DNA of 64,000 nucleotides from a virus. Under the pieces are notes generated by a model that saw nothing but the letters and a program-made list of their open reading frames with translations, did not search any database and was not told the origin of the DNA. The stretch is from the IMG/VR virus record IMGVR_UViG_3300023313_000004, positions 11,573 through 75,572 of that record; one strand, written 5' to 3'. The translations under genes and the position numbers were made by a program. Below, one piece after another: positions 8,556 to 17,942 of this stretch; position 1 is the first letter of the stretch; every line of letters starts with the position of its first letter.

Positions 8556-10336
8556 TAGTACACCTTTCTCTTGATGACCTCTGCCCCCACCTTTCTATAC
8601 CACCTGAGGCGTTTATTGTAGTACTGCTCAAAGAGAGAAGAGTCTGGGTCTCTAATATCAAGAACCATTGGTGTTTTTTTGCTAGGATACTCCCGTAATA
8701 TCCTGCCAATAATCTGCACTACATCTGAGCGAGGGGTGCATAATACGCAGGTGTCTAACCAAGGAATGTCTGTCGCCATTGAGCACATTTTATAGGTAGC
8801 TAGGATAACTGGTGCTTGCTTTGCCTTCTCCCTAGCCTTCTCACTCATACCCCCAACATAGTAGGCTATATCCTTGTCCTTAATACCTAATGACCTTAAT
8901 ATTGGGTGTAATTTCTCTAGGTGATTCTCCCTAAGGTCTGAGAATAATATAGTCCTCCTGCCTTTTTTATAGGCAGCAGCGGTAAACTTAGCAATCATAT
9001 TGTTTCTATCTCTATCCGCCCCCAATAACTTATTAACATGCATAGTTTTTCCTGCGTTAATAGGCATAGGTACTATAACAGTGATAGGCTTATTCGTTTT
9101 ATTGCACTTGGTAGTCCTCCTTACACGAGGTAATTTGAAGGAGCTGCATACCGTCATTACCGTGGGGGTAAGCATAAGGGATTCACTTACTACTTTTATC
9201 TCCCCGATATGGCTTTTAAATATAACATCCTTACCATCTGACCTATAAGGAGTAGCGGATAGACCTAACCTGTATTTAGAGGCGTACATCCCACATGCCT
9301 TACTAAAGCTCTCCGCCCCCATCACATGACAGTTATGCACTATAAGCCCATTAGCCACAAAATTATGGTTATCTCTTACGCTTATATCGTACACCCTAGT
9401 TTCTGTATGTGGTGCTATCTCAACCACCCTCTCAGGTCTATGCGTCCCCTCAACACTCTCTGGGGTTTTTAGGTTATCCCCTATTAGTAGGTCTTTAGCT
9501 TCTACCCACGAGCCGCCTACTAAGAGGAGCTTATGGTCAGGGGTGCACACTATCGTTACCCCCGATTTAGTGCGGATACATAGGGTTTTTCGCACCCCCT
9601 TATCGAAGGCTTTTGTTACAGGCTTATACTCTACGCACTTAAGTTCTTCATTATAAGTAAGTACATCTATCTTGGTGTTAGCGGCTACGGCCTTACACAG
9701 GGTATCCAGTCTCAGTAATCCTGTGGAGGTGCGTATCTTGGCTGCCCCTGATATGCACTCATCAAAGATGGTAAGCCCAAACTCCCTCTTTACAGCAGAA
9801 GGGTACTTATCTTTGGCTAGGGAGTGTACCATCGCTATAACTACTTTCTTACCCTTAATGTCGCACCTATCCTGCTGCATGTACCCTATATCTTTATCTG
9901 TCAGACCTAGGAACTTCTTAGCTGCGTCTCTCCACATACCCATAATATCCTGCTTGGGTACCACCACTAGGGTTTTTAGCCCTAATTTACCTGCTATAAA
10001 CATCCCCATAAATGTTTTTCCTACGCCAGTGGCAGCCTGCATAATATGGGACTCATCTTTATTAAATAACTGTATGCTCTCCGTAATTAGACGTACCTGC
10101 TCCTCATTCCTAGGTTGCCCTATAGGAGGCATGGGTAATATTGGGGTACCTGTGACCCTCTTATCCTCTAAGCCCATGGGGTTTCCTTCTCTGGGTACAT
10201 ATATAAACCCGTCCTTCTCCCTGTAGGAATGGTACTCCTCGCCATACCTAGAGGTATAGGTGTACTTCGTCTTTAATTTCTGGGTGCTTTTATACACGGA
10301 ACAGGCACCTGTCCACAAGGGGGTACTACTCGCCAT
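8555..10336 (-). CDS. SF2 DExH helicase (UvsW/XPB-like) containing an intein
   Basis: AATGVGKT, DE[intein]CH, GLSATPYRSDG, QIIGRILR. Confidence 0.9.
   Translation of the reverse strand: MASSTPLWTGACSVYKSTQKLKTKYTYTSRYGEEYHSYREKDGFIYVPREGNPMGLEDKRVTGTPILPMPPIGQPRNEEQVRLITESIQLFNKDESHIMQAATGVGKTFMGMFIAGKLGLKTLVVVPKQDIMGMWRDAAKKFLGLTDKDIGYMQQDRCDIKGKKVVIAMVHSLAKDKYPSAVKREFGLTIFDECISGAAKIRTSTGLLRLDTLCKAVAANTKIDVLTYNEELKCVEYKPVTKAFDKGVRKTLCIRTKSGVTIVCTPDHKLLLVGGSWVEAKDLLIGDNLKTPESVEGTHRPERVVEIAPHTETRVYDISVRDNHNFVANGLIVHNCHVMGAESFSKACGMYASKYRLGLSATPYRSDGKDVIFKSHIGEIKVVSESLMLTPTVMTVCSSFKLPRVRRTTKCNKTNKPITVIVPMPINAGKTMHVNKLLGADRDRNNMIAKFTAAAYKKGRRTILFSDLRENHLEKLHPILRSLGIKDKDIAYYVGGMSEKAREKAKQAPVILATYKMCSMATDIPWLDTCVLCTPRSDVVQIIGRILREYPSKKTPMVLDIRDPDSSLFEQYYNKRLRWYRKVGAEVIKRKVY
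9332..9757 (-). mobile_element. Mini-intein (142 aa, no homing endonuclease) in the helicase DECH motif
   Basis: Starts CISG, block B CTPDH, block F VYDISV, ends VHN followed by +1 Cys. Confidence 0.93.
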
Positions 10337-10370
10337 TATCCTACCTCTCGATTAGTAATATAAGTGTAAA

Positions 10371-10394
10371 TAAAGGGGGCAATAGCCCCCCTTA
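10371..10394 (-). terminator. Intrinsic terminator after ssb
   Basis: GGGGGC-TATT-GCCCCC followed by TTTATTT on the minus strand. Confidence 0.65.
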
Positions 10395-10409
10395 CCATGT
10401 GAGTAATGC

Positions 10410-11111
10410 TTATAAATCCTTATTAAAGTCAGGGATACTTGCATCTGTAGCTGTGCTTATGGCATTAGCAGGAGACGTGCTCATCCCTAGGAGATTACGC
10501 ATATCCTCTGCCTTGGTGTACACAACTTCCTCCTCATAATTAAGAGGTTCTGCTTTTTTCCCCCACTTTTCAACCAGCTGGTCTCGGTCTAATTTGGCGG
10601 AGAAATCAAATAAGTCTCCGACTGCTGGTACCTTATCTCCCTCTTGTCGAGATACATCGAAGGTAGCACCTGCAAGACCGCCTCGTTTAGTCGCAAGACG
10701 TTGTAGTATTTTTCTAGTGCCTTGCTTCATCACAAAGAGTTTAACCGTGTCAGAGTACTCCTTTCCGTCCTTCTTAGACACATAGGTAGAGTGGTCAATA
10801 ATGGTCATTATGGCTACGCAAGCAGGGTTATCTCCTGACTCACAGATAGGGCAAGGCTCAACATCCCCTGTACAAGTAAATAGATTGCCCCATTTACCGT
10901 TTAGCTTTAAGTTATGTTCATAGAAAACAGGTACATCTAGTAACCCATTAGCATCTAGTTCTCCATCCACAAACGTAATTTGTGTTTCCCCACCAGAAGG
11001 TAGCCAGAACCTAAAGGCACCGTGCTCTTTCTCTCTGAGGTCTGCTTTTAACTTCTCTTTCTTCAGTATCTCTTGTGCATCTGCACCTTTCTTTAAAAAA
11101 CTAACGGCCAT
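10410..11111 (-). CDS. Single-stranded DNA-binding protein (gp32-like)
   Basis: H..FTC..CPIC zinc motif, OB-like strands, acidic C-terminus; lies between primase and helicase. Confidence 0.7.
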   Translation of the reverse strand: MAVSFLKKGADAQEILKKEKLKADLREKEHGAFRFWLPSGGETQITFVDGELDANGLLDVPVFYEHNLKLNGKWGNLFTCTGDVEPCPICESGDNPACVAIMTIIDHSTYVSKKDGKEYSDTVKLFVMKQGTRKILQRLATKRGGLAGATFDVSRQEGDKVPAVGDLFDFSAKLDRDQLVEKWGKKAEPLNYEEEVVYTKAEDMRNLLGMSTSPANAISTATDASIPDFNKDL

Positions 11112-11128
11112 ATCATCACTCCTAATTT

Positions 11129-11166
11129 GCTGTACCTAGACAGCTTATTTCTCGTACCTAGACGAG
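11129..11166 (-). promoter_or_regulatory. Twin 5'-UTR hairpins with identical CUAGGU loops
   Basis: CTCGT-CTAGGT-ACGAG and GCTGT-CTAGGT-ACAGC between the promoter and RBS of ssb. Confidence 0.6.
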
Positions 11167-11173
11167 TTGTGGT

Positions 11174-11202
11174 AGGCTATTCCTGACCTTACCACTTGTC
11201 AA
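11174..11202 (-). promoter_or_regulatory. Sigma70-type promoter
   Basis: TTGACA-17 nt-TAGCCT. Confidence 0.65.
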
Positions 11203-12158
11203 GGGGTATTAAGTTTCAATACATCCCCTAGCAATTCTTGTAATTCTACTACGGTCATATCTCCTGCATCACTCTTGGGGGTGTACTGGGCAGTGACAGT
11301 GTTCCCTAGATACTTCCTCATGTTCTTCCTAGCAATATCGCCCCCATGCCCCGCGTCAAAGAGAGTTACTATCTCCACCGCGTCAGCTAGGCGTAGGGTT
11401 TTCTTCTTACTAAATGAGCATGAAAATCCTGCCACCACATTTGGGTACACCCTCTTGATGCTCGCTACATCAAATACAGACTCTGTGACTAATAGGGGTT
11501 TGTCTAGGGACATAGTGTCCTCTCCATACCAGAGGTGTAAATTTGTTTTGCCCTCGTACTGGTACTGGTAGTACCTTAGGGTATTGCTATCTAGGATAGC
11601 CCTCCCATTCATACCCACTAATAGACCTTCTTGGTTCCTGTAGGGAAAGCAGACTCTTTGTTGTTGTTCATCCCACCGCATATCTAAGTCCACAGCTACA
11701 TCTGGTGTTATCTCCCTAGTAGTTAGGTAGGCGCAGGCAGACTCGGACTCCAAGACAGGGGGGTAATTGTTTAGCCACCAATCAGGAAAATCCCAGTCTA
11801 TAGTAGGGACTTTAGAGTACTCCTCATAATCAGGGATGCTATCTGCAGATACCATAACCTCGTCCGCTGCCCCTGCACAAACCTCCATAAGTAACTTAAT
11901 ATTCATCGTAGTAGGCTTGCCTGAGTACAGTGTTGCGACTTCTATCGCTAAGTCCATTAAATCCCCACTGCTGTTGCAGGAAAAGCAATGGTATCTGCCA
12001 GTAGGGTCATCACATTGGATGCCAAAGCTAGGGTTGCTATCCTTACCACTATCATGCTTAAAGGGGGCAAAGGGGCAGGGTAGGATTACCCACGCCCCCC
12101 TTTCTGTATGCCCATTCCCAAGGATGCTAGCTATATTTAGGGCTGTAGCCCTATGCAC
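11199..12158 (-). CDS. DNA primase (CHC2 zinc domain + TOPRIM)
   Basis: CPF..H..DSNPSF..YHCFSC, VTESVFD, LFDAGHGG, KSDAGD. Confidence 0.88.
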   Translation of the reverse strand: MHRATALNIASILGNGHTERGAWVILPCPFAPFKHDSGKDSNPSFGIQCDDPTGRYHCFSCNSSGDLMDLAIEVATLYSGKPTTMNIKLLMEVCAGAADEVMVSADSIPDYEEYSKVPTIDWDFPDWWLNNYPPVLESESACAYLTTREITPDVAVDLDMRWDEQQQRVCFPYRNQEGLLVGMNGRAILDSNTLRYYQYQYEGKTNLHLWYGEDTMSLDKPLLVTESVFDVASIKRVYPNVVAGFSCSFSKKKTLRLADAVEIVTLFDAGHGGDIARKNMRKYLGNTVTAQYTPKSDAGDMTVVELQELLGDVLKLNTP

Positions 12159-12603
12159 TCTTAACTACTACTTTTCTCGCACCACTCTGGTTGGATTCCA
12201 AGACTGTGCCCCTTTGTTCTGGGGTGAGGTAATCATCCACATCACTTAATTTTATGGAGACCAACTCCATAAATACCTCTTCCCCCAGTAAGTCTCTAAT
12301 GCGGTGCATATCCTTCACTGACCTAGAGGTGGCTTTAGCCCCTACAGTAACAACACTTGTCCCGTCATTATACACTTGGGACTCCTCCGCATCATGGGCA
12401 GTATCAAAAGCCGATATGAGGGCTTTTTTTGTTGAGGCCTCTAATTTCTTGGCTGACAGGTACTCAGGACTAGCGTTTAGCTTAGTGAATGTACTTTTAG
12501 CTTTGCCAAAGGCTTCAGCTAAGGATGTAATCTCCTCTTCCGTGGTAGTTGTGGGGGTGATTGTGTCCTGCTTACTTTTTTTCTTTAAAATGTTTACTGG
12601 CAT
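12151..12603 (-). CDS. Hypothetical protein
   Basis: ORF with RBS, overlapping the primase start. Confidence 0.6.
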   Translation of the reverse strand: MPVNILKKKSKQDTITPTTTTEEEITSLAEAFGKAKSTFTKLNASPEYLSAKKLEASTKKALISAFDTAHDAEESQVYNDGTSVVTVGAKATSRSVKDMHRIRDLLGEEVFMELVSIKLSDVDDYLTPEQRGTVLESNQSGARKVVVKSA

Positions 12604-12662
12604 ATTGTGTTTCTCCTTGTCCCCCTTTAGGTATCTGGGGGGTTTTTTATTAGGTATGTGTA

Positions 12663-13130
12663 TTACTTGTTCCCGCTAGAGCCAAACCCTTCTGCGCCCC
12701 TGTTGGACTCAGATAGTTCAGTTGTCTGTTGTAGGCGCACATTGACTAGAGGTACTAGGAGCATTTGTGCTATCCTATCCCCCTTAGTTATATGATATGG
12801 TGTATTTTTCTCCCCCATACCCCCCAATTTAGTTAGGAGTACCCCTACTTCCCCTCTATAATCTGAGTCGATAGTTCCAACACCGTTAACTAGCATTATC
12901 CCTTGCTTGTATGCCAAGCCTGACCTTGCGCGTATCTGCAGTTCGTAACCCTCTGGTACCTCTACTGCGAACCCCGTCCTTACCAATGTGCAAACCCCTG
13001 CAGGTATATCAGCACTCTCTGCTGCTCTAATATCCATCCCTGCCGCCCCTACCGTCTCATACTGGGGTGGTACTCCCCCTTCCAGTAAAATAATAGGTAG
13101 GTCAATAATATTTCCTGCATAATTTTCCAT
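12663..13130 (-). CDS. dut: dUTPase (trimeric)
   Basis: AAGMD, RARSGLA, GTIDSDYRGEV, GDRIAQ, RGAEGFGSSG. Confidence 0.97.
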   Translation of the reverse strand: MENYAGNIIDLPIILLEGGVPPQYETVGAAGMDIRAAESADIPAGVCTLVRTGFAVEVPEGYELQIRARSGLAYKQGIMLVNGVGTIDSDYRGEVGVLLTKLGGMGEKNTPYHITKGDRIAQMLLVPLVNVRLQQTTELSESNRGAEGFGSSGNK

Positions 13131-13154
13131 AGGATTCCTCGTATGTATCATTAG

Positions 13155-13493
13155 TTAGTATTGCCCCTGCTGCTGTAGATGTGTCATCCACTCAGGGTCT
13201 TTATCTTCGTGCTCTTCTTCTGTGCTGGGAGGGTTGGACATATATTCTAGTAGTTCCACCCTAGTCTCTTCCTCTAGGTCATGGAGAACACCTAAGAAAG
13301 GGTTTCCTAGAATGTTATTCTCTGGGGTGTAGGTGGTCGCCTCTAGCCCCACTGTAACGGCTTCTAGGGTAGTGTCCCCATCTGCATCATCCCACGAGAA
13401 GAATACATTTATGGGCTGTTCTTCTACCCCTACATAAGTACTCGTGAATAGCACCGCGCTAGTTTGACCTAGTATCTGTATCTTTTTTTGCAT
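13155..13493 (-). CDS. Hypothetical acidic protein
   Basis: ORF with GGAGG RBS downstream of a promoter. Confidence 0.6.
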   Translation of the reverse strand: MQKKIQILGQTSAVLFTSTYVGVEEQPINVFFSWDDADGDTTLEAVTVGLEATTYTPENNILGNPFLGVLHDLEEETRVELLEYMSNPPSTEEEHEDKDPEWMTHLQQQGQY

Positions 13494-13517
13494 AATAACC
13501 TCCTTGTCTTGGGTGGT

Positions 13518-13546
13518 AGTCTGACAGACCTATCTTAACTTGTCAA
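13518..13546 (-). promoter_or_regulatory. Sigma70-type promoter
   Basis: TTGACA-17 nt-CAGACT. Confidence 0.55.
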
Positions 13547-13553
13547 CATGGGA

Positions 13554-13715
13554 TTATAGGAAGGCATTTATTTGTTTCTTCCTCCACTTTTTAGATTGGT
13601 GCTCAAACTTAACTAAGGCTTGTGCTGCACCTAGGCACCATTCCCTCCCCCAATGTAACACTGCTTTCGCTTTAGCCTGTACTTTCTTATTCTCTGCTTG
13701 TGTGTCAGTACTCAT
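13554..13715 (-). CDS. Small hypothetical protein (53 aa)
   Basis: Manual translation MSTDTQAENKK...QINAFL; ATGA overlap and RBS. Confidence 0.55.
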   Translation of the reverse strand: MSTDTQAENKKVQAKAKAVLHWGREWCLGAAQALVKFEHQSKKWRKKQINAFL

Positions 13716-13876
13716 ACTGCTTTTCTCTCCTGTGTATAGACCCTTGCGTTGGTCTGGTTATCAAAAACAGTGCGATACCCTGCTTCTATATCTATGCCTC
13801 TCTCTTGTAAGTAAGTAAGTAAGGCTACTCGGTCTAGCCCTTCAGCCTTGTGCTCTGGTATTATAACAGTAATCAT
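13712..13876 (-). CDS. Small hypothetical protein (54 aa)
   Basis: Manual translation MITVIIPEHK...ERKAV; ATGA overlaps at both ends. Confidence 0.6.
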   Translation of the reverse strand: MITVIIPEHKAEGLDRVALLTYLQERGIDIEAGYRTVFDNQTNARVYTQERKAV

Positions 13877-14253
13877 TCTTCCTCCGCTGGGGACTCAAAA
13901 TCCTCATTTATGTAATCGTCACCAAATCTCTCTACTTGTCTGGCTCTTAAATTATCTGGGTCGTAGTCTGCCAATAAAAAAGTGGCGTGGGGTATTAACG
14001 CCTTAATAAAGTTACGCTGTGCCTTCTTAGGGGTTATAGCAGCAATGCACACACTTACCCCTTGTTCTGACAGTAGTGCTGCGACTCCTGCCAGTGTTCT
14101 TACATTAGTGTCTCTAGCTTCTGCACTTAATGACCAATTTTTAGACCTAACCCTTACGGCGTGGGAGTCTAACTTAACCCCTTGGAATTGATTAAGTATC
14201 TTTGTTTTTCCTGAGCATGGAGGGCCATAAACCCAAACGACTTTGCCTTTCAT
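13873..14253 (-). CDS. cysC: Adenylyl-sulfate (APS) kinase-like protein, compact
   Basis: VVWVYGPPCSGKT, SLSAEARDTNVRTLAGVAALLSEQGVSVCIAAITP..QR and terminal FESP match the CysC layout. LDGD reads LDSH and the lid is shortened. Confidence 0.7.
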   Translation of the reverse strand: MKGKVVWVYGPPCSGKTKILNQFQGVKLDSHAVRVRSKNWSLSAEARDTNVRTLAGVAALLSEQGVSVCIAAITPKKAQRNFIKALIPHATFLLADYDPDNLRARQVERFGDDYINEDFESPAEEE

Positions 14254-14828
14254 ACCAACACCTCTCTCTTTATACTATCTGCTATTACCTTAATTTTAGC
14301 TAGGTAATGTGTTAAGCCTTTACTATTTATAACCCTTACTGTCTTATACTTGTCTGGGTACCCCTTCTCTGAGGCGTGTTCCTCCCCCCCTGTAGTAGTA
14401 AAGGGGTTATTGGGGCGAATGACATGGATTATTATGCCTCCAGTAGCCCTTACCCACGCTGCCTCATCCTCAAACCTGCAATCACTAAGTACAACATACT
14501 TACTCCCAGCAGCCCCAGCAGCCTCTATCGCCAGCTTTGCTCGTAATACCCAGAAATCACCCCCGAAAGTGCCCCTAATAGCTTCTGTCCCAAACTTCTG
14601 AAGCATATCCCTATGGGTTAGTCCCCACTTAGGGCTCATAGCGGCTTTCCCTTCCTGTGTGTGGAAGGTACTAACGTCCACTCCAAATAAAATAGCTGCT
14701 GCCTTCTTTAGGGGGTCTGCAAAGGCTATCTCTGTTGCATGTAGTGCTGTTACTAGCTCTGAAGCCATAGTGGACTTACCAGAGCCCATAGCACCAGATA
14801 TAGCTATAATTTTAGGTTTAGTCTGCAT
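14250..14828 (-). CDS. Deoxynucleoside monophosphate kinase
   Basis: ISGAMGSGKST, AFADPLK, RDMLQKFGTE, SDCRFEDE, HASE. Confidence 0.92.
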   Translation of the reverse strand: MQTKPKIIAISGAMGSGKSTMASELVTALHATEIAFADPLKKAAAILFGVDVSTFHTQEGKAAMSPKWGLTHRDMLQKFGTEAIRGTFGGDFWVLRAKLAIEAAGAAGSKYVVLSDCRFEDEAAWVRATGGIIIHVIRPNNPFTTTGGEEHASEKGYPDKYKTVRVINSKGLTHYLAKIKVIADSIKREVLV

Positions 14829-16071
14829 TCAAATCTCCAAAATCTTCTTCTTTCCACTCAGAAAAATCCATATTGCTGAAGTCCCAGTTTATCTTAAACG
14901 TGCCTTGTTCACCACTCCTTCCTTTTAGTACACTAACCTCTCTTGATTGGAGGGTTTCCACTGTGTCACTTTGTAACATCCCTAGGACAATACTGGACAG
15001 CTGCCCTATAGCATCTGACCCTGCGATATGTTCTAGCCCAGTGCTATCCCCCGTAGAAGTTTTTACTTTTGTGGCTTCCCTGTTTAGTTGGTACGATAAA
15101 CATGCAGGTATATCTAATTCCGTGGCTAGGTTCTTAAATAACTCGCAGTTTGCCTCTATCCTTGCAGGCTTAGATAAGTAGGTGTCCTTATGCCTAACTA
15201 AGTACGCCCCATCAATAAATAAAACGTCAGGTGTTAGCTGCTGGGATAGCATCCATATATCTTCAGCTGTTGAGCTGAGTGCCCCATCAATAACATAAAA
15301 GGGTACATTAGACTCTTTTACTTCCATCATGGCATGAAAAAAGTCTTTATAGTCTTGGGTGATAAACCCTGCTTTCATTAAGTGCGTTAGGTTTTTGCGA
15401 GTGTACATGGCAGCTAGTCGTTGAAAAATCACCAAGGGCTTCATCTCCATAGACACGAACACTACCGCCTTACCATGCTTCTTCCACGCATTTAGAGCGA
15501 CAAACAACAGTAGGAATGTCTTTCCCATAGCAGGGCGACCAACTATAGAGAGTACATCTCCTCCACCAATACCCCCTGTCATATCATCTAGGAACTCCCA
15601 CCCAAAAGTTAGGGCATAGTCATCCCCCTCCATAATGGTCTGTTTGTATGTACCAAGTAGAGACTCTCTTGCCTCCCTAAAATCCATAATTTTACTACCA
15701 TGGTTTACCCTTACTAACGCCATCACGTCTGCCATGAGAGAATCTAATGCCTTCTCTGGGTTCATATCCCTGAGGGATGTGCTAGCGGATACCACTGCCC
15801 TCTTTAGCATACCATGTAGGTGTTTCTTCTTAACCGCATCCTCGTAGTACTTTAGGGGTTCTGCAGGGGCACTAACTTGCAGCCCGAACTTATGCTCCAC
15901 CGTCTCTACCGCAGGGATAGTGCCGTATTTGGTGACGTGGGTGTGGATGTAATCGTACACCTCTGCCTCATTGGCACCCAAATAAGATGCATCAACATCA
16001 AGGTGTGCAAAGGGGGCTACCTTAGCCCCGATAAGGACACTGTGTATTAAACTCATTCCTGCACTACTCAA
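14818..16071 (-). CDS. dnaB: Replicative helicase DnaB-like
   Basis: GRPAMGKT, VSMEM, FIDG, YQLNRE, GSDAIGQ, LKGRSGE. Confidence 0.92.
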   Translation of the reverse strand: MSSAGMSLIHSVLIGAKVAPFAHLDVDASYLGANEAEVYDYIHTHVTKYGTIPAVETVEHKFGLQVSAPAEPLKYYEDAVKKKHLHGMLKRAVVSASTSLRDMNPEKALDSLMADVMALVRVNHGSKIMDFREARESLLGTYKQTIMEGDDYALTFGWEFLDDMTGGIGGGDVLSIVGRPAMGKTFLLLFVALNAWKKHGKAVVFVSMEMKPLVIFQRLAAMYTRKNLTHLMKAGFITQDYKDFFHAMMEVKESNVPFYVIDGALSSTAEDIWMLSQQLTPDVLFIDGAYLVRHKDTYLSKPARIEANCELFKNLATELDIPACLSYQLNREATKVKTSTGDSTGLEHIAGSDAIGQLSSIVLGMLQSDTVETLQSREVSVLKGRSGEQGTFKINWDFSNMDFSEWKEEDFGDLNAD

Positions 16072-16085
16072 AATAACACCTCCTC

Positions 16086-16670
16086 TTAATCAATTATGTT
16101 CTTAAAATGGTTGGTAATATGGCTCTTAAAAGGTGCTCCGTAATCATCAGATAGTGCTCGCATATCCTCTACATATATCACGGTCTGCTGCCCTTTAGCA
16201 TACCTACTGTACAGCATCCCTAAAATAAGGGACGTTTGCCAGTCTGGAACTCTCCCCCCAGAGGACTGCCTGTAAAAGAAGTTAGGTATAAGTAACACTG
16301 TGGCATCGACTGTGCCTCCCTTCTTATACACCTCTATAACCTCTTGTATGGTGAATACCTGTGCTCGAACAAAGTTACGAAGGAAGCAGCCTGCTAAAGC
16401 AAACATCTTAACCCCTACATCTCCACATGCACCAGAGTAAACCAATCCCCCGTTCTCGGAGAGGGGGAGCTTCCTTAGTGCCCGAACCCAGCACCTCTCC
16501 TCCTCACCACAAAAATCCGATAGCTTAGTGTACACCATCTGCTTAGGGATATGGGCATCAGTAACGATACTCTCCAACTCTCCTACCAGCCTAGCATGTT
16601 TAGTGGGGTCTAGTACCCCAGAGGAGTAGCACTCCTTATACCGCAAGACGTGGGCATCAATATCATCCAT
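16086..16670 (-). CDS. Probable helicase loader (degenerate DnaC/IstB-like)
   Basis: Between initiator and DnaB. GLVYSG and LLIP..ILGMLYSRY..TVI follow the DnaC layout, but the Walker motifs are degenerate. Confidence 0.5.
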   Translation of the reverse strand: MDDIDAHVLRYKECYSSGVLDPTKHARLVGELESIVTDAHIPKQMVYTKLSDFCGEEERCWVRALRKLPLSENGGLVYSGACGDVGVKMFALAGCFLRNFVRAQVFTIQEVIEVYKKGGTVDATVLLIPNFFYRQSSGGRVPDWQTSLILGMLYSRYAKGQQTVIYVEDMRALSDDYGAPFKSHITNHFKNIID

Positions 16671-17727
16671 GTGTGTCTCCTTGTAATTCAAGTTCTATTG
16701 CTTCCATCTCTGCTAAAGTCACTTTCTTAGCCAAGTTACTGCTACTAATGCTAACGGAGGGGGAAGAAGGCTTAGGATTTAGGGTACCCAAGGACACTGA
16801 AGGGGTATAGAGGCTCTGCTTAAAGAATTGGGGGATGTAGTCTACACTAACCAACATAAAACCTAACTGTGGCTGTTTAGGGGGGTTATGCCCTCCAGAC
16901 TTAGACTTAACAAAGTAAGAGAACGAATCCCAGTTTAGCAAAGCATACTGGTAAGCCTCTGAGTTCTCAGCCCCCAATTTGGAGATAAGGTGCTTAAATT
17001 GCCCAATACTCTTAGAAGTTAGGGGTAAAGGGGTCATATCGTACTCCTGCCTACAAGTTTCTAACCAGAATTTAGACACATTATTGTACGAAAAATCCCC
17101 TAGTAGGGAAGGTTTTGCCTTCTCTAGGGAAATATCTAAAATATCAGTAACAGTAACAGAAGCCTTTATATACTTAGGTTTCTTCCCTGATTTTAGGGTT
17201 GTCCCTAGAGGTTTGTCAGGGAAAGATTCATCTTTTCCTTGTATTCTCTTGGTAGTCTCTGTAGAAGTATAATGGTTGCATAGTGCCATTTTGGCATTAT
17301 GCATAGTGCCATTTTGGCACTTTGGGATAGTGCCATTTTGGCACTTTGGGAAATATTCCCCTTTCTCCTCTTTTTCCTGTTCTACAGCCCAGTCCTCTAC
17401 AGCCTTATTTAGGGTGATTTTCTCTAGGCAATACCACTTTGTTCTATCCGTATTCATCCTATTGTATTTTGAGGTGCTTAGTATTACCCCTGCCTCCTCT
17501 AGCTCCTTCATATCCCTCTTAAGGGTTCTTTCTGAATAGAAGGGTAACTGCTCTATCCATGCAGGGTATGTATTCCACACCCACGAGATACCATCCCTGA
17601 TATTCTTTTGGTATTTAGCCCAGTACTGTATTTGTTGTATGAGTATCGCTTTCTTTAGTCCAAATACCTTTATTAGGGTAGGTTGTACTACTAAAGGGGA
17701 CTCCTCTATTAAGTATTTCATGTTCAC
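16663..17727 (-). CDS. Replication initiator (lambda O/DnaD-like wHTH)
   Basis: GLKKAILIQQIQYW..WVWNTY..W..QLPFYSERTLKR..DRTKWY; carries internal iteron repeats. Confidence 0.8.
   Translation of the reverse strand: MNMKYLIEESPLVVQPTLIKVFGLKKAILIQQIQYWAKYQKNIRDGISWVWNTYPAWIEQLPFYSERTLKRDMKELEEAGVILSTSKYNRMNTDRTKWYCLEKITLNKAVEDWAVEQEKEEKGEYFPKCQNGTIPKCQNGTMHNAKMALCNHYTSTETTKRIQGKDESFPDKPLGTTLKSGKKPKYIKASVTVTDILDISLEKAKPSLLGDFSYNNVSKFWLETCRQEYDMTPLPLTSKSIGQFKHLISKLGAENSEAYQYALLNWDSFSYFVKSKSGGHNPPKQPQLGFMLVSVDYIPQFFKQSLYTPSVSLGTLNPKPSSPSVSISSSNLAKKVTLAEMEAIELELQGDTHG
17277..17351. repeat. Three iteron-like repeats (candidate replication origin)
   Basis: ATAGTGCCATTTTGGCA at 17280, 17303 and 17327; each core TGCCA-TTT-TGGCA is palindromic. 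Confidence 0.75.
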
Positions 17728-17942
17728 CCCCTCCCATAATAGGGTAGCCCTGCTATGAAACCCCCCAATGTCGCCTTAGTAGTACTAGGTATCTCTTTTT
17801 TCTTTTGTGGTCTTAGGGTTGCCCTGAGCCGTTGTACTGTTGTGGCACTACGACCTAGCTCTAGTCCTATCGCCTTATTGGACTCCCCTCTCGTGATACC
17901 CTCTGCCATAAGGGTTAGTTCCTCTTTAGTAACCCTACCCAT
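17724..17942 (-). CDS. Small HTH protein
   Basis: GESNKAIGLELGRSATTVQR. Confidence 0.65.
   Translation of the reverse strand: MGRVTKEELTLMAEGITRGESNKAIGLELGRSATTVQRLRATLRPQKKKEIPSTTKATLGGFIAGLPYYGRG

Noticed and set aside
17277-17351. Repeats as a mini-CRISPR array
   Set aside because: Period is 23-24 nt with no unique spacers, inside an initiator gene; iterons fit better.
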